NCBI GenBank assembly: GCA_965644495.1
Contig: CBFFSA010000015.1
Location: forward strand, 124,001-188,000
Source: Perkinsela sp. CCAP 1560/9
Lineage: Eukaryota; Protista; Euglenozoa: Kinetoplastea
Direction: 5' to 3'
DNA: 64,000 bases
The translations under genes and the position numbers were made by a program. Below, one piece after another: positions 33,131-42,676 of the stretch (its first letter is position 1; each line of letters opens with the position of its first letter). Below the pieces are notes generated by a model. The model worked only from the letters and a program-made list of their open reading frames with translations. It was not told the origin of the DNA and did no database searches.

Positions 33131-33452
33131 GGGAAAGGGAGAGAGAGGGAAAGGGTAAAAAAAGTTTTTTTTTTGTTTTTGAAAAAAGTGTTCTCTTTTG
33201 AAGAAATGGGTTGATGTGGTAAAGAGGTGTGGGACTTATCGTACTCATTCGTGTATTGGGGTACACCCCAGCTATTGTTTTATAATTTATTAGTATCGAC
33301 CACAAATTTTGATGGATGCTACCAGGTAATTGCGGCGGTTGTATAACTACCGCTCTATCCTCGATTATTGACAAAAAATCAGAGGCCCCTAAAACTAATT
33401 ACAGATAGTTTATAGTGTTTCAAGAAAATTTATGGTACTATAAACCTCGTTT

Positions 33453-33980
33453 ATTGCGGTGGTTGTATAACTACCGCTCTACCCTCGATTATTGAAAAAA
33501 AGTGAACAAAAACAGTGAAAATATAAAGAGGAACACAGTAATATAATAAAAGAAAAAAATATAAAAGGGGGCCCCGGTGGTCCAAAACTGAAAAAAAAAT
33601 TTCAAAAAAATGGGGTGTCTAGGGGGGGGGTCCTTGGGGGGGGTCCAGGGGGGAGTCCAGGGGGGGGCATACGTCGCGATTTTTTTTTCGAATTTTTTGC
33701 TTTTCAAAATCGAGCGCAGGGAAGTGGTAGAGTAGGCCGCGGCGATGACTTTCCACCCCCACCTGGGGGTACCCCCCCCTGGTACGCGCAGGAGGGGTCC
33801 GACAAGGTCAAAATTTCCGAAATTTTTGGGAGGACCAAAAAACAATTTTTTTGACCCCAAAAAAAGTAAAAATATTATTTTTCCGAAATCGACTCCTAAA
33901 ACATATTTTAAGAGTTTTGGACCTCAGCTACCATTATGCGACGTTTTTTTCGACAGAATCGCCTCCTGCCTCTACTGGGG
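33453..33980. repeat. Abundant interspersed repeat ending in a GCGGTGGTTGTAWAACTACCGC hairpin (about 10 copies or fragments in the window)
   Basis: TTGCGGTGGTTGTATAACTACCGCTCTACCCTCGATTATTG...GTGAACAAAAACAGTGAAAA recurs at ~15030-15162(rc), 19470-20127(rc), 33330, 37915(rc), 51838-52310, 52830(rc), 59692 and 60972. Confidence 0.85.
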
Positions 33981-34045
33981 GCAATTGTGCAAATCCCGTT
34001 AAAATTGTCTATTAAAGGATACAATTCTCTTCTATTAAGTTCCAA

Positions 34046-35730
34046 ATGGGAAAACGACATAGATTAAACTTCCGTCATGTATCGCCCGAGCATGCATCCT
34101 ACGGCACACGGATTGTGAGCGCGCACGAAGTGCATCAAGGCAAGTCTATGAGGGAAACAGCATGTATGATGAATTGCGGAAAGAGCAGTGTTCATCGCTA
34201 TGTTGAGCGATTTGCCAAAACAGGTGATGTGCAACGGAAAAACTACGTACGTAGTCCTACGGTTATCACAGACGAGTTTAAGCAAACGCTTGTTACTCTT
34301 GTAGAGAGTGAACGTAGTAACCCGCACGGGTGTCCGGGATTTAAATGGGTGTACAAAAGACTTGATCGAAACCTCTACCCCTGCGGTCTCATGACTGTGA
34401 AACGAGCCTTGAAAAAGATGGGGTACGTCATGAAAACGATGATTCGAAAGCCTGTACTAACTCCTTTACATAAGGAAAACCGTCTGCGTCTCGCAGAATA
34501 TTTTGAAGGTCTGTCAGAGAGTCAACTTCAGAATGTCATCTGGACAGACGAAAAACTTTTTCGTTGCAGTACACACGGTAAAAAGATTACCTACCTCGCC
34601 CATAAGGACGATCCCGATCGTGAACCACCACCCCAAACTGATCGTTGGTATGGGGGGAAGGGTGTTCTTGTATGGATAGGTGTCAGCCTTAAATGGGGTA
34701 TACCACCTCATTGTTTTCACGAGTTTGGGGAGCACAACACCGTAAGTAATGACTCTTTTTTCAAGGTCATGAGTAAAAGGAACGGCTTTTTTAATTGGGT
34801 TCGGCGCCGACCATGTTCCATCATTGTTCTTGACAATGCACCGGGTCATGGGCAAACCTGTCGTGCGGGATTGCAAGCAGGCCTAAACATTATTGATTGG
34901 CCCTCAAAGTCACCTGACTTAAACTTGATAGAAAACTTGTGGTCAATCATGGATGACTACATTCATCATACCCCTGCCGGGTCGATGGGTAATTACCCAT
35001 TAGCGGGTCTGTGCGGGTAAATTACCCGGGTCTGTGACCCAGTTACCCGCACCGACCCACACAGACCCGCATCGGCGCACTAGCCATTAAATACAAAATA
35101 ATTTCCTCTCAAGTGTGCTGATTTGTAGGATTGGCACGGAATGCTCTATGTACAGAAACGGTATCTTTAGCGTTGAGGAATTCCTTCCATAAGAAGAATT
35201 CCCTCTACTGATTTTCTTGTGTCGCCCATCTATTTTTTTTATTTATTTTTTGGTGTGAACCCCCTAGGCCAACCAGAAGCCTACCCCTAACACCGCAATG
35301 GTACCAATTTTCTTTATTTTTTCTATGAATTTCATAGTTCTTTGCGTCCGAAAAATAGGCATGAATTGCGAGAGGCCATACCCAAGGTTATTGAATATCT
35401 CCTAACCGAAAAGCGGGATATCCTAGAGAAGACTCTGAAGAGCCTCCCAAAACGGTTAGAAGAGTTACGAAAGTGTAACGGAGGGGTTATTTCATACTAA
35501 ATAACTTTTTCAATGCCTTTTAAGACATTTTTATCCACATTTTCAAATGTGCAAATTTTGAAAAAAATCGTTTTTGTCGTACACACCCTACTTTTTAGAT
35601 GTGTTTAAATAGGCGCAAAATGTCGTTCCGATCATATTCGCGTCGAGATCTCTCTTTTGCAACAAAAATCAAATGAAACGGACACGTGGCACAAAAATGG
35701 CGGGTGTCCCGATATTGGTGATCCCCCCTG
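34046..35730 (+). mobile_element. Tc1/IS630-like transposon; transposase 34046-35500 interrupted near its C-terminus by a ~370-bp insertion
   Basis: HTH N-terminus, IWTDEKLF, LDNAPGH, WPSKSPDLNLIENLW. The C-terminus SLRPKNRHELREAI...NGGVISY* resumes at ~35338. Right end GGTGATCCCCCCTG+TA; left TIR not found. Confidence 0.85.
34966..35337 (-). other. Insertion carrying an SL-exon-like relic (35150-35174) and a hairpin cluster
   Basis: Minus strand AACGCTAAAGATACCGTTTCTGTAC; gcgggtctgtg/cacagacccgc stem with gggtaattaccc palindromes. Boundaries are uncertain by a few nt. Confidence 0.6.
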
Positions 35731-36541
35731 TATAGTACTATAAAAACTATATGGTGTTTATCAGTGTTTCATGTCCAGAAAGGTCCGAGCGCCTGCTCGG
35801 TAGACAGATCGGTCGATGGACTTGGAGGAATTTCGCGGAGCAGGAGAGAGCCGATGGAGGTGTAGAGGCTTAGAGGGGTCACGAGATGTTAGGTGGAACA
35901 AGTGGTGTGGATACGCTGACGCGTAGAAAAAAGTGAAAAGAGTTGTAGTTTTTGTGCAGAAATGGAAAAAGACGGGATCCTATCGCTCACAACAAGTTCT
36001 TCCCATAATGCTCTTTCCTTGTAGCGTGCAAACCGCATTACAGCTGTCCAACGAGTTCCCGTTAGATCACTCGTTGGATCCTAGACGTGGCGTATTCAAT
36101 GGCAAGGTAAAACACAAAAACACAACGCAGAGCCTGTAAGATTCAATATCTGCAAAATTCATAATCTTTTGAAGAAATTTGAAGAATCACTTACCCCCTA
36201 TTCCACATTTACACATTATACTTCGACAGGAAAAGCGACCTAAGAAGACAAGGCGTCTGGGCTGGAACACATCTGAAATTAAAGTAGGTCGACTTCCCCA
36301 TCGACTTCAACGGAGTGAAAAAACGATTTGAGCTTGACCACGACGCTCGTTGGGCATAATGATGAGAAAAATAGTAAGAAATCTTTCAAGAAAACGGGAG
36401 TGATAAAAATAAATTGCGTCGAGTCGGCATTTCAAGCAATACTTTCAGAAAAAACCTACTAAGAAAAATAGTAAAAAAATATAGTTTTAATATATAGTGT
36501 TTCAAAGTTTATAGTACTATAATAGTACTATAAAATAGTTT

Positions 36542-37190
36542 GGGTACAGACCACTTATATTGCACCCACTTTCAAAATAATGCTATGAATGTATTGAAAT
36601 GTTTTCTTCCGCAGCGTAACTTCACACACTTTATCTCACTTCCTCCTTCCGCCTACTTTACGTCAAAAAAATATTGCAGTATGCTTAAAGTTAGCCACTT
36701 TACACGTCAAATGCCCATGCACAGATAAAATGCTTGTGGGCAGATAAACTGCCAATGGACAGATAAAATGCCACAAAAAAAAGCTTGGCGTCAGTGCCAC
36801 ATGACAGACGGGGAAGACCGCTAGGAGGTCCCATGTTGGACCATGTTGCCCCATGTTAGGGCTGTGGGAAATATTGAGAAGACTCCTAGTTTGCCTGTCT
36901 GGAGGTAAGGCCCAACTTTGAGCGTAGCCCACGTCTGTGAGCAAAGCCCAACTGTGGACGTAGCCCTGGGACAGAATTATATTTTAGCTCCCCTGCACAC
37001 AGAAGCGAGCGGGGGCGCGTACTAAGAACCAACGTTTGTCCCTTCCGCAGGATTGTGTACTTGTTTTCCTATGTTGTGTGACCGGGCGTGTGATCCAGTA
37101 GCTTTTTAGGCTATGCTGTCCATTTCAACTCTGTGGCACAGTTTGACCCAAAAACTAGAAAAGTGGGTGCAATATAAGTGGGCATTACCC
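36542..37190. mobile_element. Non-autonomous element with GG termini and 8-bp TSD (Merlin-like)
   Basis: GGGTACAGACCACTTATATTGCACCCACTTT / AAAGTGGGTGCAATATAAGTGGGCATTACCC; AATAGTTT on both flanks. Confidence 0.8.
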
Positions 37191-37379
37191 AATAGTTTTT
37201 GTAGTTTTACGGACCTCTGCAAAAAATGAACAAAAAAAGTGAAAATATAAAGAGGAACACAGTGATAAAGATTAAAAAAATATGTTTTTATCTTTTATTT
37301 TTGAAGAGGGCTAAAATCAGCGGGAACGTGCAGATCTCAAAATTTTGAACGACAAAGTGGTGCTGTCACCCCCCTAGCA

Positions 37380-37787
37380 AATCTGAAGAGAGTGAATCCC
37401 CTAAAAAGGCTGTGTGGCCCTCAACATAATTTCTAAAAAGCAAAGAGAAAGTCAAAAACACGGAAGTTGAACTCAAAAAGGCTAAAAAGGAGTTGGAGTC
37501 CGAGTACACGGATCTCGATCCCTTTTCGATCATCGTTAAATGTATTCCTGTAGAGGTGAGCAAGGAAAGCTTTCGAAGGAAACTTTTTTTCGTCCTTCGG
37601 AGCGATAGTGAAAATGACCCTTCTGTCTAACAAACATCTCGCCTTTGTTTGTTATGAAACAATTGAGCAGGCGAAACGTGCTGAACACTCATGCCGAATC
37701 ATGCAAGTGCATCTAAAAGGGAAAAGCAAAAAGCGGAACAGGATTAAGATTCGTAAGGGGTCAAGGGATCGAAAAAAGCTTTTTTAA
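37380..37787 (+). pseudogene. RRM-domain gene fragment with a 1-nt frameshift
   Basis: SIIVKCIPVEVSKESFRRKLF / SSFGAIVKMTLLSNKHLAFVCYETIEQAKRA (RNP2 and RNP1); the shift lies in a T7 run near 37590. Confidence 0.55.
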
Positions 37788-37955
37788 GGGATAAATTTTA
37801 CCATTTTTCTGTTTCTTTTCCGTTTGCATCAATATGGAAAGCGCACAACGGGTTTGTTGCACATTCGGCAAATAGAGGTTGTGCATGAAACAGTTGACAT
37901 CTGATGATATAGTCCAATTTTTCGAGGGTAGAGCGGTAGTTTTACAATCACCGCA

Positions 37956-38083
37956 ACCGTAATAATAATGTGAAAGGTAATAATAATCCGAAATGGTAAT
38001 AATAACCTGCGAAATGTAATAATAATCCGAAACAGTAATAATAACCCAAAAGGTAACAATAATCCGAAATGTAACATTAATCC
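37956..38083. repeat. ~21-bp minisatellite
   Basis: Repeated gaaa(t/g)gtaataataatcc units. Confidence 0.75.
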
Positions 38084-38879
38084 GCCCCCCGGTTTAATTT
38101 TGTAGCCCTTGTGAATCATAATTATGAATAATACTTACATAGAGTACATGTGTATTATACGCATGTACCACCCGTACAGTACAGGTGTGAAATCACAAGA
38201 AAGTTTAGTCGGATAGCATAACACGGTCGGTAACTTATTGATATCAGAGAATGGATTAATTTGATCGGTTTCATGCGTTTTCAAAAGTGTCTTTTCATCA
38301 CGAAAGTTTGCATATCGTAGTGCGCGCACTGATTGTGAATTTTTTAATTTATATTACACTGGTAACTAATATTTATTGAGTTTTAAATCATTGGCGAAGC
38401 TATGCAACTTTACGACATAGAAGAAGGACTCCTGAGCTCAGCTCCAAGAGCTGGCCATGTACATGTAGACCCTATGTAAGAATTATAAAAAGCGTAGCTG
38501 GAGGAAACAAATACGCGAATCTAGAGTAATTAGTAAAATTTATGAGTGGATAGCATGAGGAATGGCAAAGAAAGTAAATCCCCCCAAAAAAAACGTTAAA
38601 CAAAAGTTTACGCCAACCTTTGTTCTATTGCACTCAAAGTTTTCTACTCCATTATACAGTAAAATCTCCTTCATATTTCTTCTTCCGAATTTTTTCTACA
38701 AATGCACCCTGGTCTCACACCCCAGCCTTCTCGACGCATGAGTAAAACCGTGCTGCCGGGGAGATCACTCGGTTGTGGGAGCGGGCCCCTTAAGTGGGAA
38801 GCGACAGGGCATAGCAACTCCCTCATTTAGGGGTAAAAATGGCCCACATTTCCTAATGCAGTTCTTTGTACTGTGACTA

Positions 38880-38999
38880 CAGTGCGCCCAGATAGTAAAG
38901 TTTTTTTTTAGTAGTTACCACCGATTTTGGGTAACTACTAAAAAAAACTTTACTATTTGGGAAAACCGTTTTTTGGGACTTTACTAACTGGGCGCACTG
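38880..38999. mobile_element. 120-bp pogo-type MITE
   Basis: CAGTGCGCCCAGATAGTAAAGT / ACTTTACTAACTGGGCGCACTG with TA on both sides; CAGTG termini as in 45885-48255. Confidence 0.85.
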
Positions 39000-39067
39000 T
39001 ATATTGTTTTTCCAAGCATCAAGAAAGGAGGTAGTCAGGGAATATTACGTAGATCTATTAATAGGAA

Positions 39068-39916
39068 CTATAAATCACACCTCAAAGAGAGTGGAAATGG
39101 ATATGGTTCCACAGAAGAAATTTTGTTCCCTTTAAGGTCAATCGAAATCAATTGTTTGGATGCAGTTCGGAGGTCAACATGCCCAGTAAACGCATTATTT
39201 CTTAGTAAGATATATCTCAATTTGGATGGAATAGAATCAAAGCTCAATTCGCCGCACAGTTTATTATTGTCGACGTCAAGCCGTACGAGAGTAGTTGGTA
39301 AGGTCTTAAGAGTCAGGCCCCCATAAAACATGTTGTTGGCCAGGTACATTTTTTCCAGCCTTGGAGGTAAGTTAGTCAAGTCAAGCTCCCCAGAAAGTAA
39401 ATTTTCTTGAAGATCTAGCATGGTTAGACCTCGAGGTAAAGAACATAGAGACACAGACCCCTCAAACCGATTCCTCGCTGCTTCAAAACCAATCAGATCT
39501 GCAGGAAGCTTATCTAAGTCGATCCCCCCCGTCATGTTATTAGCATCTATGACGAACGTTCTGAGTCGCGGAGGCAGCTCCAAAACCGGAAGTATGCCTG
39601 TAATTGAGTTCTGATTTTCCCAGCTAAAATACTTTCCCAGAATCAAAGTCTCTACGGTCACTGGAATATGGCGCCAGGATATTGTACCTTGAAGACCCAC
39701 AGCCGGCCACCTCATCTCACTCACTTGGCGACTCGCATCACACGTTATGCCATGCCATGCACACGCAGGCGTCTCCGTAGTCCATGAAGGGTCACGATTC
39801 GAAATGTTGCCGACAACACGGGCGAGATCATATTCTTGCGGAAGGGAAGGACCACGCGCGCGAGCCGGCTTTCGTGTAGGGACACTATCCGCAGTATCCA
39901 GGATTAGCCTCATCAT
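39068..39916 (-). CDS. Leucine-rich repeat protein (expanded family)
   Basis: SLPQEYDL...SWTTETPACAWHGITC cap and 22-aa LRRs; intact 282 aa. Confidence 0.88.
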   Translation of the reverse strand: MMRLILDTADSVPTRKPARARGPSLPQEYDLARVVGNISNRDPSWTTETPACAWHGITCDASRQVSEMRWPAVGLQGTISWRHIPVTVETLILGKYFSWENQNSITGILPVLELPPRLRTFVIDANNMTGGIDLDKLPADLIGFEAARNRFEGSVSLCSLPRGLTMLDLQENLLSGELDLTNLPPRLEKMYLANNMFYGGLTLKTLPTTLVRLDVDNNKLCGELSFDSIPSKLRYILLRNNAFTGHVDLRTASKQLISIDLKGNKISSVEPYPFPLSLRCDL

Positions 39917-40406
39917 TTAAAGTAGATACGTTCAAGATGCAACAAGGTATAGATTCCAAAATGAACAGAAGCAGTACGGAAACTGCTTATGAAGAAAGGA
40001 ATAAGGCACCCCACTTATTAAAAACAATAATGCGAAAATCGTCACTATAGAAATCGAGCAGCAAATCTCGTTCGTCCTTCGGCCTGAAACAAACACAAGG
40101 TGCGCAAGCTGCGCACAATTTTGCATCAGTTCCTAGGTCGAACTGTGTAATGTCTATGAAGTTAAAATTCAATCACTAAATAGAGGGGGGCGAGGTACAA
40201 AATAGTATAAACACAAAACAGTGTAAGTAGTGAATAAGGGGGACGGCATAATTACAAAATTTTTAGTCTCTTCGTTAAACACGGTGGTTGTTTTCAACTT
40301 AGAAGGCACCACTGATGCGCGCTTCTCGTTGAGCGCATGTGAAACGTACATGGGTGGGCGCCTTCAGAGTAAAATACACTTCAGAGTAAAATACGGCAAA
40401 CCATAA

Positions 40407-41258
40407 TCATGTTTCTCGTACGCTTATTAGGGTATGCAAGGTTTTAAAAGCTGCCTCGTTCGTAGTATAAGTGTAGGAAAATAGACCCCTCCACTCCTTG
40501 ATATGCATCTGTTTTGGTAAAGCTGAGGGACGGTACATGCCCTTTAAATTCGTATTGTCTGAAAGATCCAAAAAGGACAAATTCGAGGGGAGGTTCTCCA
40601 GGTTAACGTCACCAACAAATCTATTTTTTGAGAGATCTAGGCGGACCATTGAATATGGTAGCTCTGCTAGATTTAGAAACCCAGAAAAGTAATTGGATCT
40701 CAAGGATAATACCGTCAGAGCAGGTGGCAAGCTCAAAAGGTGAAGATAACCATCAAACTTGTTTCCAGAGAGCTCAATAACATTAACGCTGCGCGGAAAG
40801 TCTGTCGGACACGGATTTCCCGTAAAAAAATTAGAAAATACTTCAAAATTTAATATCAGCGGTGGCAAGTCTGTCGTCGAGACAGATCCGGAAAGTTGGT
40901 TGTTACCCAATTCTAAATATTTGAGCGTTCTTGGTAAGTATTGCCAGCGCAACGCACCTCGAAGTCGCATGCTACTCCAAAGCAATTCTTTTACGTTGAT
41001 GTCAACCGATTCGTGGTAGTCAATAAAAAATGAAGACGATGATTTGCCAGTCCTCGATTTAGGCCTCCCTCGCATGAAGCGTTCCCCTATTTTGACGCCA
41101 TTCCATTGACAGGCCGGCGCGTTGATATTCCATGTACTGTCTGGGTTCTCTATGTCCTTTATTAGCTCTGTAAGTTCGTACTCTTGTGGAAGAGAAGCCC
41201 CCACTTTTCCTAGGCGAGTAGAAGTATTATCGGCATCCGCTGCGCATATTCTCAGCAT
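40407..41258 (-). CDS. Leucine-rich repeat protein (expanded family)
   Basis: MLRICAAD..SLPQEYEL..TWN..APACQWNGV cap and 22-aa LRRs. Confidence 0.88.
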   Translation of the reverse strand: MLRICAADADNTSTRLGKVGASLPQEYELTELIKDIENPDSTWNINAPACQWNGVKIGERFMRGRPKSRTGKSSSSFFIDYHESVDINVKELLWSSMRLRGALRWQYLPRTLKYLELGNNQLSGSVSTTDLPPLILNFEVFSNFFTGNPCPTDFPRSVNVIELSGNKFDGYLHLLSLPPALTVLSLRSNYFSGFLNLAELPYSMVRLDLSKNRFVGDVNLENLPSNLSFLDLSDNTNLKGMYRPSALPKQMHIKEWRGLFSYTYTTNEAAFKTLHTLISVRET

Positions 41259-41697
41259 CGATGATAAAGTAAACAAGGAGAAATATGAGTCAAATCGATA
41301 GAAGTGACATATTATGATACACACCGAAAAAATATCTAAAACGGGCTCCCACTTTTGTAGTCCCTCAAATCTCAATGTGTGTGAACCGTCGTAAATATCT
41401 AAGTTCTACCTTACTTCGAGTTTACTTTTGTGTAACTGTCTGTTCATAAAAAACTGTACATACAAACTTTATAAAATCCTTTAAACAGGAAATGCCACCA
41501 ACTTTGTTTATCTAAATAAATTCAATGACAGCTGGGTTATAACACAGCTGATGATACGTTGATCGCGACATTGCAACTCTTTAAAATTGAGGCTACCTTG
41601 TTGTATTGACATTCTACAATGTAAATACACACCCGTATGCCTTTGCCTACTTTTCTTTTTGACTAAACGTCTTCACATTCACTTTTTTTCAGCCTTC

Positions 41698-42249
41698 TCA
41701 TCGCACGAGACGACGAATCAGTGTCATATCCTTCGGCATGACGGTGACCCGTTTCCCGTGCAGCGCAGCCAGGTTCGAGTTCTCAAGAAAGTTCAGCATG
41801 CTCGCTTCGACCCCTTCCTGCAGGGCCATTACGGCCTCCCGTCGCATACGGTTGCCTGCCTTTGCCCAGCTCTCGGGTAAGTTCTGGCTCAGGATCTTCA
41901 CAAATCGAGCCCGGGGGATAAGCAGCTCGGTTCCTTTTTGAAGTTTCTTAATGGTACGCAACACGACGGTGCCAGGGCGGAAGCGACGTACCTTTGGGCG
42001 CACGACCGAGGAGAGCTCTGCGGCTGCAGAAGGCTTTACGGGTTTCTGCTTCTTCAAGGGCCGCGCATTGGTGGGCGTTGTCTTCTTTGCAGAGTTTCTT
42101 TTCTTCGCGACCGGTCGTGAAGCGGGGGAGAGGGAGGGGGTGCGGTGGGGGTAGGGGTTCGCCATTGGCTTTGGTGGACCTTTGTGAGTGGCTTTCGTCG
42201 AGATACCTTGTCGAGGAACCCGTCGGGTGCTTGCTTTGGTACGTGCCAT
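41698..42249 (-). CDS. Divergent histone H3 variant with long N-terminal tail (H3.V-like or CenH3-like)
   Basis: MARTK start, ~85-aa tail, RRFRPGTV..., QKGTELLI, AVMALQE, NLAALHGKRVTVMPKD; 183 aa. Confidence 0.85.
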   Translation of the reverse strand: MARTKASTRRVPRQGISTKATHKGPPKPMANPYPHRTPSLSPASRPVAKKRNSAKKTTPTNARPLKKQKPVKPSAAAELSSVVRPKVRRFRPGTVVLRTIKKLQKGTELLIPRARFVKILSQNLPESWAKAGNRMRREAVMALQEGVEASMLNFLENSNLAALHGKRVTVMPKDMTLIRRLVR

Positions 42250-42676
42250 GAGGAGGGTAAGTTTAGGAGATAGTAAATAGAGAATTAATAAAAAGTAATG
42301 ACATAAGGACAAAAGAAAAAAATATAGACGAATCGTGTATAAAGAATGCAAGAAAAGCCTTCGTACCCTACAGCGTCCCTTGTAACTCAAGTTACTAATT
42401 CGGGGCTTGAATTCTAAGAAACCCCGTTGTAATATTTTCTGGTAGAAAATTTCTGACAATGGTCGCAAGAATTTGCTCTTCCCCAGGTCGGCAGCCTAAA
42501 AAAAGCAAAGCCACGAAAAAAGTATAGTAAAGTGCAATTGTTGTATATTCACAGTTAACTGACGGCATACAACAGATTTCATTAACAGTAATTGTCCTTC
42601 AAGTAGGATGTCAGAAGGTCTAAAGGCTCAGATGTAGTGCAAAAAAGAAGAGAACAAAGAAGGAACAGTACTCTTC

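Noticed and set aside
30688-42468. Longer ORF-track starts for the LRR genes (31770, 41375) and the H3 variant (42468)
   Set aside because: They use non-ATG codons in UTR or MITE sequence; paralogue and family alignment supports the downstream ATGs.
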